64,000 nucleotides of DNA. Origin: a virus. A program made the translations under genes and the position numbers. Under the pieces are notes generated by a model. It had not been told where the DNA came from. It did no database searches and saw only the letters and a list, made by a program, of their open reading frames with translations. The DNA lies in IMG/VR virus record IMGVR_UViG_3300036852_000134, positions 1 through 64,000 of that record; one strand, given 5' to 3'. Positions 56,452-64,000 of this stretch are shown here, piece by piece; the first letter of the stretch is position 1; every line of letters begins with the position of its first letter.

Positions 56452-57297
56452 ATGTCAGCTGTGACGCCTCATGGCATTCAGGACGATATGGCCAAGCTGC
56501 GAACCTTGTTCGGCGAGAATCTGTTCGACAGATTCTCGCCCGAGGCGTGGCAACTGGCGGAGCACATGCTGGAGCGGTCCGTGGTGTTTGAGTACGGGCC
56601 GGCGACGCCATCGGTTGAGCACACCCAGTTCGGCAGCGACCTTTTCGACAAGCAGCTCTTCCGGCTCCCATTCAAGGCGGTGTTCTACATCGCCAACGCC
56701 ATCCCCAAGAGCGCGATACTCGCCTACGAGGCCGAGGAAGATGACGGCTACAAGCTTTGCATGATCACGTTCGGGCCTGTCGGCATCCAAGGTCACGACA
56801 CGTTCTTGGTGGCGCCGCTTCTGACGGCGCGCATGCGCTGGGATGCGGAGAAGGGTGGCTGGATCGACTGGAAGTCATGCACAGCCGGTCAGAGCCATCA
56901 CTCGCGCAAGACTGGGCGCAAGTGGGAAGAGGAAGACTACGAGGCCGCCATCGACCGCGTGATAAACTTCACGATGGGCGCAACCGCACTGCTGATGTCC
57001 AAAGAAGTGACGACGGATGTCGTGCCCGCACCTGATAGGCTGAACAAGCAGAGAGAGGCGAAGGGCCGGCTACCGATCCGGGAGAGGCGCGTCATCCGCA
57101 TCCGGCCAGAGTACAAGGTGGCACACGCTAGATCGGCGGAGGGCTTTAATAGCCGCTCCTCGCCTCGCATGCATTGGCGGCGAGGTCACTTCCGTCGCGT
57201 TCGAGAGGATTTGGTAATACCGATCGCACCCATGTTGATCAATGCGACGGAAGACGCCAAGCCGCTGGCGAAGAAATACGTGTTCTCGCAACCATAG
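56452..57297 (+). CDS. Conserved phage hypothetical protein
   Basis: C-terminal SPRMHWRRGHFR motif; GAGGA RBS. Confidence 0.65.
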   Translation: MSAVTPHGIQDDMAKLRTLFGENLFDRFSPEAWQLAEHMLERSVVFEYGPATPSVEHTQFGSDLFDKQLFRLPFKAVFYIANAIPKSAILAYEAEEDDGYKLCMITFGPVGIQGHDTFLVAPLLTARMRWDAEKGGWIDWKSCTAGQSHHSRKTGRKWEEEDYEAAIDRVINFTMGATALLMSKEVTTDVVPAPDRLNKQREAKGRLPIRERRVIRIRPEYKVAHARSAEGFNSRSSPRMHWRRGHFRRVREDLVIPIAPMLINATEDAKPLAKKYVFSQP

Positions 57298-57321
57298 TGA
57301 GGCCAACCAACCGACGCACGG

Positions 57322-57557
57322 ATTTACCTCATAAGTACCCGCAGCGTTTCGTCTAGCTAGATAAGCACCAGTATTTACTAGCGTTTCTGAAGCAGGCCAC
57401 AGGTTCCACAATCTAGCGCTCTAACCAGCTGAGCTAAGGCGGCTTACCAATGAAATCAGGGGGTTCCTACCACGACATGGCCCGCAACGTCCATGCCCAG
57501 ATTCGCGCAGACGTATCGAGAACGGCTGCAGAGAGTCACCGCACAAGTTACCGCACC
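57322..57557. other. attP: 39-bp core equal to the 5' half of tRNA-His(GTG) (57405-57443, minus strand), with flanking arm-like repeats
   Basis: GCCGCCTTAGCTCAGCTGGTTAGAGCGCTAGATTGTGGA ends exactly at the anticodon loop. 12-bp tandem repeats at 57322-57345 and 57534-57557. 1.2 kb from int. Confidence 0.75.
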
Positions 57558-57633
57558 TGGTTCACGGTTTGATCCGAGTTGTATCGTCAGGCGCTCCTGC
57601 CTGACGGGGGATAAGGGAAATTGGAGGAGGAAG

Positions 57634-57849
57634 ATGAGCGAGCTGCACCACATGGACGAGCGACGATACATCGTTGAAGAGCCGGTGGGCCGTGTCCGGT
57701 GGGTCGAGCGTGATGGTTACCGCGTCCTGCAGCAACGCTGGGCAGTCAAGGAGTACGACGCCAAGCACAACTGCATCGGCGTGACCGGCGAATGGAAGGA
57801 CGTACCGGTTGAGGCCGACGAAGACTACCACCCTGGGGATCATCCATGA
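57634..57849 (+). CDS. Hypothetical protein
   Basis: GGAGGAGG RBS; LQQRW...EWKDVPV. Confidence 0.6.
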   Translation: MSELHHMDERRYIVEEPVGRVRWVERDGYRVLQQRWAVKEYDAKHNCIGVTGEWKDVPVEADEDYHPGDHP

Positions 57850-58226
57850 CCCCCACATCAGAACCATCTCCACCGGGAGAGACGGAAAACATCGAAGCCG
57901 ATATCACGGAGAGACTCCAGCGTGCGGCTCCGTTCATGCGTGCGACGGGCAACGCGGGAATCGTCGGACAGCACGCGAACACATGCGAGGAAGCGGCGTC
58001 AGTAATTGACGACCTGCGCCGCCAGAAGACCGGCCTAGAGGCTCTCCTAGTCGATGCGCAGGAGGAGATCGCAGCGGCCGAAATGACAATCGCTGACCTC
58101 CAAGTCGCCCGAGAAGAGATGCGCGCCGCGCTACGGCCTTTCGCGAACGAGCACCGATGGGCGAGCATTGCCCCACGGGCGGCTTTCGCCAGAGCGGCCG
58201 AGCTCGTGCCGGAAGAGAACACCTGA
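57846..58226 (+). CDS. Coiled-coil hypothetical protein
   Basis: ATGA overlap; C-terminus similar to 63007..63267. Confidence 0.55.
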   Translation: MTPTSEPSPPGETENIEADITERLQRAAPFMRATGNAGIVGQHANTCEEAASVIDDLRRQKTGLEALLVDAQEEIAAAEMTIADLQVAREEMRAALRPFANEHRWASIAPRAAFARAAELVPEENT

Positions 58227-58286
58227 TTTCGCGTCGAGTCTCCTAGTTGCGTACGTGTCTAAACTGAACCAACTCGGAGCATAAAA

Positions 58287-58898
58287 ATGCTACTTAGGGA
58301 CAAGATCGCCGCCGTGATCGCGGTGGCCATTCTCGCCGTCGGCTATTGCCACGATGCCTTCGCCGATGGGCCTACCAAGACCGCCTCCATCCTGCCTGAG
58401 ATCCCCGGCGTAACGGTGAAGGGTGGGTGGACCGGCTGCGGCGTTGGCGTCAGCGGTGCCGGGGTCATTGGTCAAGCTGACTTTGGCGCTCCCGTCAATA
58501 TCTCCTCGGAAGGCCAACTCGTCAGCGTCCTGCTCGCATGCGACGTGCAGGCGGGACAGATGGTGTTCGGCGGAGCCATTGAGCACGGCTGGTTCTTCGG
58601 CGATCTGAACAAGATCGGCCTCGATACCGATCTGACAATCCGGGGGCGGGCCGGGTTCCTTATCGCCCCCAACACGCTCCTGTTCGGTCACGCCGGCTGG
58701 TCTCGCGTCGAGACCACGGGCGCCGGCAGCATCGACGGTTGGAAGTTCGGTCCCGGAATCTCCATCAAGCTTCCGAACTCCTCTGCGTTCCTCGACTTCC
58801 GGTACGACTACGGAGTGTGGGACTCGCCTTTTAGCGGTGTTGATCTGACCTCGCATGCCGCAGTCGTTTCGCTGACGTTTAAGTTCGGCGCGAAGTAA
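58287..58898 (+). CDS. Outer-membrane beta-barrel protein (Omp25/RopB-like)
   Basis: Signal peptide, WTG..G..G, IRGRAGF..NTLLFG.AG, amphipathic strands, terminal FKF. Confidence 0.8.
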   Translation: MLLRDKIAAVIAVAILAVGYCHDAFADGPTKTASILPEIPGVTVKGGWTGCGVGVSGAGVIGQADFGAPVNISSEGQLVSVLLACDVQAGQMVFGGAIEHGWFFGDLNKIGLDTDLTIRGRAGFLIAPNTLLFGHAGWSRVETTGAGSIDGWKFGPGISIKLPNSSAFLDFRYDYGVWDSPFSGVDLTSHAAVVSLTFKFGAK

Positions 58899-58930
58899 GC
58901 GCGTTTCGCTCTTTCCCATCGTAGACGCAA

Positions 58931-58962
58931 CAAAGGCGCCGCCTCACGACCGAGGCGGCGCC
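58931..58962 (-). terminator. Terminator between convergent units
   Basis: 11-bp stem GGCGCCGCCTC/GAGGCGGCGCC. Confidence 0.7.
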
Positions 58963-59104
58963 TATATATAGCAGGATTCCCGGATAACTGCTCCTCATCC
59001 CTCGTGGCCGATCATCCGCAGCCACTTGCGCAAATCACGCACCAGCCAGAACAGGTGCCACCGCACCATCAGTCGAGCCCAAATCCGGCGCATTGGTCGC
59101 TCCC

Positions 59105-59308
59105 TCACCTATCCAAGTACTTCCGCAACAGCACCGCCTCATGCTCTGGCAGCGGCGAGAAGATGCGCAGCACGTCGGCGCCCCTCATCGCCTTGGACTC
59201 ATCGACCGGGCGGCAGTCGCATGCCTTGCTGCGGTCCTGCACAAACGGGCACTTCACCGCATGGCGGAGACCGTCGATCACGTTGTCGGCCATGGCCTCC
59301 TTATCCAT
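59105..59308 (-). CDS. Hypothetical protein
   Basis: Member of the tightly packed leftward cassette array. Confidence 0.5.
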   Translation of the reverse strand: MDKEAMADNVIDGLRHAVKCPFVQDRSKACDCRPVDESKAMRGADVLRIFSPLPEHEAVLLRKYLDR

Positions 59309-59519
59309 TCAGCGGATCGTGTCGAACGATGTTACCCGCGTCGTCGTACTGGTCGCCGTGGCTCGATTGCGTGCGCCCGATAGAAGCGTTCAGCGCATTA
59401 CTGATGCTCATGAAGCGCCCGCGAAGATAACCGTCCATGGCTGTCCCGAGCGTGGCCGCAATGTGTGCCGTTTGGTAGACGACACGCTTCAAGCGCTCGA
59501 CCTCTGCCTTGTCGTCCAT
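59301..59519 (-). CDS. Hypothetical protein
   Basis: GAGGAG RBS. Confidence 0.55.
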   Translation of the reverse strand: MDDKAEVERLKRVVYQTAHIAATLGTAMDGYLRGRFMSISNALNASIGRTQSSHGDQYDDAGNIVRHDPLNG

Positions 59520-59525
59520 GGCTCC

Positions 59526-59708
59526 TCACCCAACCTTGCGCTTGTCTGCCCGCGCGAAGAACTCGCGCTCCCACGCATCGAGCGCATCCCGGTACCGCCG
59601 ATCGGCGTCAAGGAATTGGGACTGCGCCCAGGACAGCCGCTCGCGCGCCTCTTCCATCGCTGCCTTCGCCCTCTGCACCCGCTCTGCGGTGTAGGTCGAT
59701 ACGCTCAT
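59526..59708 (-). CDS. Helical hypothetical protein
   Basis: GAGGAG RBS; similar to 60445..60657. Confidence 0.55.
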   Translation of the reverse strand: MSVSTYTAERVQRAKAAMEEARERLSWAQSQFLDADRRYRDALDAWEREFFARADKRKVG

Positions 59709-59988
59709 TGGCTCCTCATCCCTCTTGGTTCAGTAGCGCCCGTGCTCTCTTCAGCGCGTCGGCATGCGAGCCGCAGGAGTACACTACGCCGTCTACAGTG
59801 CTGAGGTCGGCGTACATGCACATCGCACGGAGCACCGCGCGCAGGTCATCAACTTCCTGGCGTGTGGTGTCGAGCGCTTCCTCCATCTTGACGAGGTCGT
59901 GACGCGCGGCTGCGAGGGCGACTTCGGCGTCTACCGCCCGCAATGCAAGGCGGGTGCTTCTCTCTTCCTGGGTCTCGGCCATTGGCTC
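59706..59988. repeat. 283-bp direct repeat, copy 1
   Basis: Matches 62724-63006 with about 8 mismatches. Confidence 0.95.
59716..59982 (-). CDS. Duplicated coiled-coil protein, copy 1
   Basis: MAETQEERSTR...; 84/88 aa identical to copy 2. Confidence 0.65.
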   Translation of the reverse strand: MAETQEERSTRLALRAVDAEVALAAARHDLVKMEEALDTTRQEVDDLRAVLRAMCMYADLSTVDGVVYSCGSHADALKRARALLNQEG

Positions 59989-59989
59989 G

Positions 59990-60253
59990 CTATCCTTGCT
60001 TGAGATTGCCAATCGTTAGGCCGCTCGCGGCCTTCACCGCTTCGAAGATGTGCGTAGCATCATCGCCTGTCGGCCCATGGTAGCTGTAGGCGCCAGGCAC
60101 GGTGCAAATGTCCCAACCCTTGATCGCTTCCCAGATCGCCTGCCAGACGGGGTCGGCATGCAGGCTCTTGATATACTCGGTGGAATACTCCTTGCGGCCC
60201 ATGGCGCGCTCCGTGCTGGCGACGGCTTCCTGCGGGTTGTCTGTCGGCATCAT
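59990..60253 (-). CDS. Hypothetical protein
   Basis: AGGAGAG RBS. Confidence 0.55.
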   Translation of the reverse strand: MMPTDNPQEAVASTERAMGRKEYSTEYIKSLHADPVWQAIWEAIKGWDICTVPGAYSYHGPTGDDATHIFEAVKAASGLTIGNLKQG

Positions 60254-60262
60254 TTGTCTCTC

Positions 60263-60454
60263 CTATTCCTTCCTATCGAGTGCAGAGGCAATCACCGTCC
60301 AGGCGACAGACGCTGCCAGACCGACGAACAGCCCAAAAGCAATGTGCTTGGCCTCAAAGCCAAACCCGCTGAGCAGAGCCACCATCACGGCGCTAGAGCC
60401 AACCCCGAGTGTGAACCCAAGTCGCCATTCCATCTGCTCGCTCCCTACGGACAC
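60263..60454 (-). CDS. Two-TM small protein
   Basis: Hydrophobic helices. Confidence 0.5.
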   Translation of the reverse strand: MSVGSEQMEWRLGFTLGVGSSAVMVALLSGFGFEAKHIAFGLFVGLAASVAWTVIASALDRKE

Positions 60455-60657
60455 ATGTAGCGGTCAAAGAACCCGGCGATACCGGTGCGCGGTGGGTCAA
60501 GATAGCGAGCCGCATAGGCTCGACTTGCCTCGTTGTAACGCCGCTGCGCATGGATCAGGTCGGACTGCGCCTTCGCATAGCGTTCGCTCGCTTGGTCTAA
60601 CTCCTCCTTGGCTTGGCGGAGGTGCTCATCCGAGCCGGTCGCTACGGGCTTGCTCAT
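60445..60657 (-). CDS. Helical hypothetical protein
   Basis: MSKPVATG start after GAGGAG. Confidence 0.55.
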   Translation of the reverse strand: MSKPVATGSDEHLRQAKEELDQASERYAKAQSDLIHAQRRYNEASRAYAARYLDPPRTGIAGFFDRYMCP

Positions 60658-60665
60658 GGTGCTCC

Positions 60666-60908
60666 TCATCTCTTGCCGTTATGACGCACCAGGGCACTGA
60701 TGGCCGGCAACACGTCCGCCATCACCGCATGCGGGTCTCGATGCGAGAGGATCAGCCCAAGCACATCTGGACTGCTAACCCGCAAGCCGCCGTCCTCCCT
60801 GCGCTCGCACACGAGCGTGAACCTCTCCAAAGGCACGGCGCACCCGCACGTCTCCGGGTGCCCATAGCAGCTGTGGGGGTGATACGGGCATAGGCAATCA
60901 GCTGGCAT
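60666..60908 (-). CDS. HicB/DUF1902-like small protein
   Basis: EDGGLRVSSPDVLGLILS. Confidence 0.4.
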   Translation of the reverse strand: MPADCLCPYHPHSCYGHPETCGCAVPLERFTLVCERREDGGLRVSSPDVLGLILSHRDPHAVMADVLPAISALVRHNGKR

Positions 60909-60925
60909 CCCGGCTCTCCTCATCC

Positions 60926-61126
60926 TCACAACCCGCCCAGCGCCGCACGGGCGCGCTCAGGTACGGCGTGGTCACAGCCCTCCATGCCCCGACAAATCGG
61001 GCACGGCAGCCATGGATACCCTGGGATCTTCCTCAACATCTCGGCTACGCGCTCTCGCTGGTCGGCATCGATCAATGCGATAATCTCGCGCCGAGATGTC
61101 TCTTTGAGACCGTCGATCAAACCCAT
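60926..61126 (-). CDS. Hypothetical protein
   Basis: GGAGAGG RBS; CPIC..C.H. Confidence 0.5.
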   Translation of the reverse strand: MGLIDGLKETSRREIIALIDADQRERVAEMLRKIPGYPWLPCPICRGMEGCDHAVPERARAALGGL

Positions 61127-61136
61127 CTGCCTCTCC

Positions 61137-61430
61137 CTATCCTATTGGCTCGATACCTGGTTGCTTGGCGCACCACTCACACCACGCAACGTGCATTTCT
61201 AGCGGCACTCGAAACTCAGGCACTCGTATCTCGCCAAGGTGGTCGTGCCCCACAAGGCGACCTGGCAACCGCTCAACGAGCCCGTGGTTGACGAGCCATT
61301 CCAGCGTCGTCTCGTGGCAGGACGGCCGCTGACCCGTCGCGACGGCTTCAAAGGCCCTCACGTGACTGCGCCGCCCGCCAGCCTCTAATACCGGATGCCG
61401 CATATCAGCGCTCCCAGCCATCGGCTCCAA
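61137..61430 (-). CDS. Hypothetical protein
   Basis: 97-aa ORF filling the gap in the array. Confidence 0.45.
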   Translation of the reverse strand: MEPMAGSADMRHPVLEAGGRRSHVRAFEAVATGQRPSCHETTLEWLVNHGLVERLPGRLVGHDHLGEIRVPEFRVPLEMHVAWCEWCAKQPGIEPIG

Positions 61431-61438
61431 ATCCTTGC

Positions 61439-62425
61439 TCAGGTTTCTGCAAATAGGTCCATCGTCTCGGTGTCCCGCTGCGATGGCCGCGTCGTCTTGA
61501 TGCTCGCGTCGTAGTCCTCAAACCGCACGGCCCGATAGAGCCCGGTCACCACCCAGCGCTGAAACCGCTTCAGGTCTTTGCGCTGGTGATCGTAGACCAT
61601 GGGGTAAGGCCGAATGCCCCGCTCGACCATCCGGTGGAAGCGGTGCCAGATGCGGTCCCAGGTCTCGCGTTTGTCGTAGCCGATCAGCATGTAGGCCATC
61701 AGCTGCCTGCCAGGCACGCCGACAGCCTCCAGGGTATCGACGCCGCGGAAGAACACCTCCTCGTCCTTGAGGTTGTCCCAGGCGGTGTAGAGCCGTCGCC
61801 GGCCGAAGCCGTCATCGCGATACTCGATACTGGCGATCGCCGCGGCGACCTCGGGCGTCATGGCCCGTACGTTGATGCCCTGTGTGAAGGACACCCGGAA
61901 ACCGCCAGCCCTGATCTCGGCCACGCGTTCACGCCACTCCGGCCCGCCGAAGAAGTCGTTGTCGAGCAGGTGCAGGTGCTTCGGCCACGGCACGCCACGC
62001 CAGATGCCGGCGATGGTGTTCTCGTGCCGCGGCTTGCCCTCCTTGGCCGGTACCACGCAGAACTTGCAGGCGAGACGGCACCCACGTTGCGTGAAGCCGA
62101 TGCTGGCGTCGAAATCAGGGTAGAGGCTGTAGTCGAGCGCCTGGCTCTCGCCCACGATCGGATCGACCGTCGCCGAGCTCGCCGTGCCGGTCCCGCCGAT
62201 GATGGCATCGGGAAACTCCAGTCGCATGCGCTCAACGCGAGCCTCGGAGAACTTGAAGATCGCGCTGGCGTAGACGTGCGCGTAGGCCGGCTCGTCGAGA
62301 TGCCGGTACGGCGTGCGCGTGAAGTGGATATCGTCACCCCGCGCACGATGGAAGCCGGCCAAGCGCATCAGCGCGAGGTTCGGCAGCTTTCCATCTAGCT
62401 GGGTGATGCGCACGGCTGGCACCAA
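61439..62425 (-). CDS. Radical SAM protein
   Basis: TQRGCRLACKFC (CxxxCxxC), LLDNDF, N-terminal PNLALMRL. Confidence 0.88.
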   Translation of the reverse strand: MVPAVRITQLDGKLPNLALMRLAGFHRARGDDIHFTRTPYRHLDEPAYAHVYASAIFKFSEARVERMRLEFPDAIIGGTGTASSATVDPIVGESQALDYSLYPDFDASIGFTQRGCRLACKFCVVPAKEGKPRHENTIAGIWRGVPWPKHLHLLDNDFFGGPEWRERVAEIRAGGFRVSFTQGINVRAMTPEVAAAIASIEYRDDGFGRRRLYTAWDNLKDEEVFFRGVDTLEAVGVPGRQLMAYMLIGYDKRETWDRIWHRFHRMVERGIRPYPMVYDHQRKDLKRFQRWVVTGLYRAVRFEDYDASIKTTRPSQRDTETMDLFAET

Positions 62426-62438
62426 CGGGCTCCCTTTC

Positions 62439-62726
62439 CTATGCCTTAGCCGCTGCAGTGCAGTCGCCCCTGCACTGGCTCAGCACGCGCACGAGAAGCT
62501 CGTCCTTCTGCGTCTCCAGTTCCCTGACGCGCGCCTCAAGCTTCTCTATCCGCTCGGCGGCCTCATGCTGAATGGGCGGCGCCTCGAACTGACGCCAGCC
62601 AAACTCGGGACGCCCATTCGGCAGGTGCGGGCCACTGGCGTACTTGCCGCGCAGACGGTCCACCAGGCGGTTGCTGACTTGCACGTCTTGCCCGGTGAAG
62701 GGATCGTGTACGGTCCTCGTCTCCAT
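62439..62726 (-). CDS. Hypothetical protein
   Basis: GAGGAG RBS; EAAERIEKLE coiled coil. Confidence 0.55.
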   Translation of the reverse strand: METRTVHDPFTGQDVQVSNRLVDRLRGKYASGPHLPNGRPEFGWRQFEAPPIQHEAAERIEKLEARVRELETQKDELLVRVLSQCRGDCTAAAKA

Positions 62727-63006
62727 CGGCTCCTCATCCCTCTTGGTTCAGTAGCGCCCGTGCTCTCTTCAGCACGTCGGCGTGCGCGCCGCAGGAGTAC
62801 ACCACGCCGTCTACAGTGCTGAGGTCGGCGTACATGCACATCGCACGGAGCACCGCGCGCAGGTCATCAACTTCCTGGCGCGTGGTGTCGAGCGCTTCCT
62901 CCATCTTGACGAGGTCGTGACGCGCGGCTGCGAGGGCGGCTTCGGCGTCTACCGCCCGCAATGCAATGCGGGTGCTTCTCTCTTCCTGAGTCTCGGCCAT
63001 TGGCTC
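62724..63006. repeat. 283-bp direct repeat, copy 2
   Basis: Matches 59706-59988. Confidence 0.95.
62734..63000 (-). CDS. Duplicated coiled-coil protein, copy 2
   Basis: AGGAG RBS. Confidence 0.65.
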   Translation of the reverse strand: MAETQEERSTRIALRAVDAEAALAAARHDLVKMEEALDTTRQEVDDLRAVLRAMCMYADLSTVDGVVYSCGAHADVLKRARALLNQEG

Positions 63007-63267
63007 CTATTCCTTGATCAGTTCGGCGGCGCGGCGAAAGTCCTGCGGCGTGATCTCGCTTGCACAGAGAGAGCCGATGACGTTGGCGGTCACTCCCATG
63101 CCGAGCAAATCGCGGTATGCCTTCGCGAACGGCCGCAGCGCCGCCTCAAGCTCCACGATCCGATCCGCCATCCACACAGCCTTTCGGCCCAACGCCTCAA
63201 CATCTGCCTTCGTCTCAAGTTGGAGCTTTATGACATCCGCTAACTTCTGCTGTATGTCGTCGGGCAT
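63007..63267 (-). CDS. Coiled-coil hypothetical protein
   Basis: GGTGGA RBS. Confidence 0.55.
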   Translation of the reverse strand: MPDDIQQKLADVIKLQLETKADVEALGRKAVWMADRIVELEAALRPFAKAYRDLLGMGVTANVIGSLCASEITPQDFRRAAELIKE

Positions 63268-63279
63268 AATCCACCATCC

Positions 63280-63510
63280 TTAGACATCCCAGCCGTGCGA
63301 CCGTGCGCCGGCCATGTGCCATTCCTTGCGGCCTTTCGGGCCGCGTCCCATCCAATCGCAGAGCCGGTTCACGAACTCGACCGAGCCGAGCCGCCGCCCC
63401 TTCTCTAGGTCGCAGAGATACTGCGGCGTGAAGCCGAGCGCCTTGGCGAAGTCCGTTTGGGACATCTCCATCTCGGTGCGCACAGCAATCAGCATCTCGA
63501 CGAAGGTCAC
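63280..63510 (-). CDS. XRE-family HTH protein
   Basis: MSQTDFAKALGFTPQYLCDLEKGRR. Confidence 0.8.
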   Translation of the reverse strand: MTFVEMLIAVRTEMEMSQTDFAKALGFTPQYLCDLEKGRRLGSVEFVNRLCDWMGRGPKGRKEWHMAGARSHGWDV

Positions 63511-63519
63511 GACCGCTCC

Positions 63520-63843
63520 TCATGGTTTCTGAGGCAGTTCGGCAAACCTGCCATCGAAGAACTCCGTTGCGGGCCTGACCCACAAGGTTCCGTCCTGTCC
63601 CTCATAGACGACGGCCGGCGTCATGGTCTCCTCGATCACCGCGCGGTGCCGCAGTTGGTAAAGCCCGTCCGTTTTCCGGTGCTGGTGCGTTGGCTCCCAG
63701 TCGGTGTAGGCGCAGTCGGCGCATTGGATGGCGCGCTTGTCGCCCGTGAACGCCTCTTCGCAGACACGGCATGAGCACCAGTAGGTGCCCGGCGCCCAGT
63801 TCTTGCGCTTCGGCCTGCTGTCCTCTGGCTTGGCCCGCCTCAT
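63520..63843 (-). CDS. DUF1653-like protein with N-terminal Zn-ribbon
   Basis: H.K..GLY...VVYEG.DG.LWVRP..EF.DGRF. Confidence 0.6.
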   Translation of the reverse strand: MRRAKPEDSRPKRKNWAPGTYWCSCRVCEEAFTGDKRAIQCADCAYTDWEPTHQHRKTDGLYQLRHRAVIEETMTPAVVYEGQDGTLWVRPATEFFDGRFAELPQKP

Positions 63844-64000
63844 GGGTGCCTCCTAATCCTTGTTCTCGTAGCGGAGCGGCACCCCAGCGAGCAGGCACAC
63901 GCCGCGCACGATCCTGATGGCGTCCTTGATGCGGTTTGCCATCTCATCGTCGTAGTCGGCCAACTCGCCGTTCGCGATCATCCGATCAAGTTCTCGCCCA

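Noticed and set aside
57405-57443. Complete tRNA-His gene
   Set aside because: No 3' anticodon stem, T-arm or acceptor 3' strand follows the loop.
57444-64000. Host chromosome beyond a prophage boundary
   Set aside because: Genes are small phage-type cassettes with paralogues on both strands; no housekeeping genes.
1-64000. Holin/endolysin cassette and phage DNA/RNA polymerase
   Set aside because: None recognised. Small TM proteins lack an adjacent endolysin; lysis genes may lie outside the window.

Overview
The whole window reads as a temperate, podovirus-type (T7/BPP-1-like virion module) phage of an alphaproteobacterial, probably Hyphomicrobiales-like, host. No host chromosomal genes are visible. 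Layout: (i) 1-31083, mostly minus strand, late region with ejection proteins, tail tubular A/B, capsid, scaffold, portal, terminase, a translationally coupled modification-enzyme cluster and a beta-helix tailspike; (ii) 32188-47311, minus strand, early/middle region with a Q-like regulator, DNA methylase, a helicase split by an endonuclease VII gene, a replication initiator with internal iterons, GcrA and Cro; (iii) 47400-58898, plus strand, CI, ERF/YqaJ recombination genes, xis/int, an attP carrying the 5' half of tRNA-His, and an outer-membrane protein; (iv) 59105-64000, minus strand, array of small cassettes with a 283-bp duplication and a radical SAM gene. Standout observation: the tripeptide Asp-Thr-Gly (DTG) occurs 37 times by my count in five late proteins (20 times in the tail nozzle alone). 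It is encoded by varied synonymous codons and I found none in the capsid, portal, ejection proteins or tailspike. The same operon encodes two glycosyltransferase-like proteins, a SAM methyltransferase, an FAD oxidoreductase and a P-loop kinase. I infer a phage-encoded, sequon-directed virion modification (probably O-glycosylation) system. All calls come from motif recognition by eye; no database searches were run.
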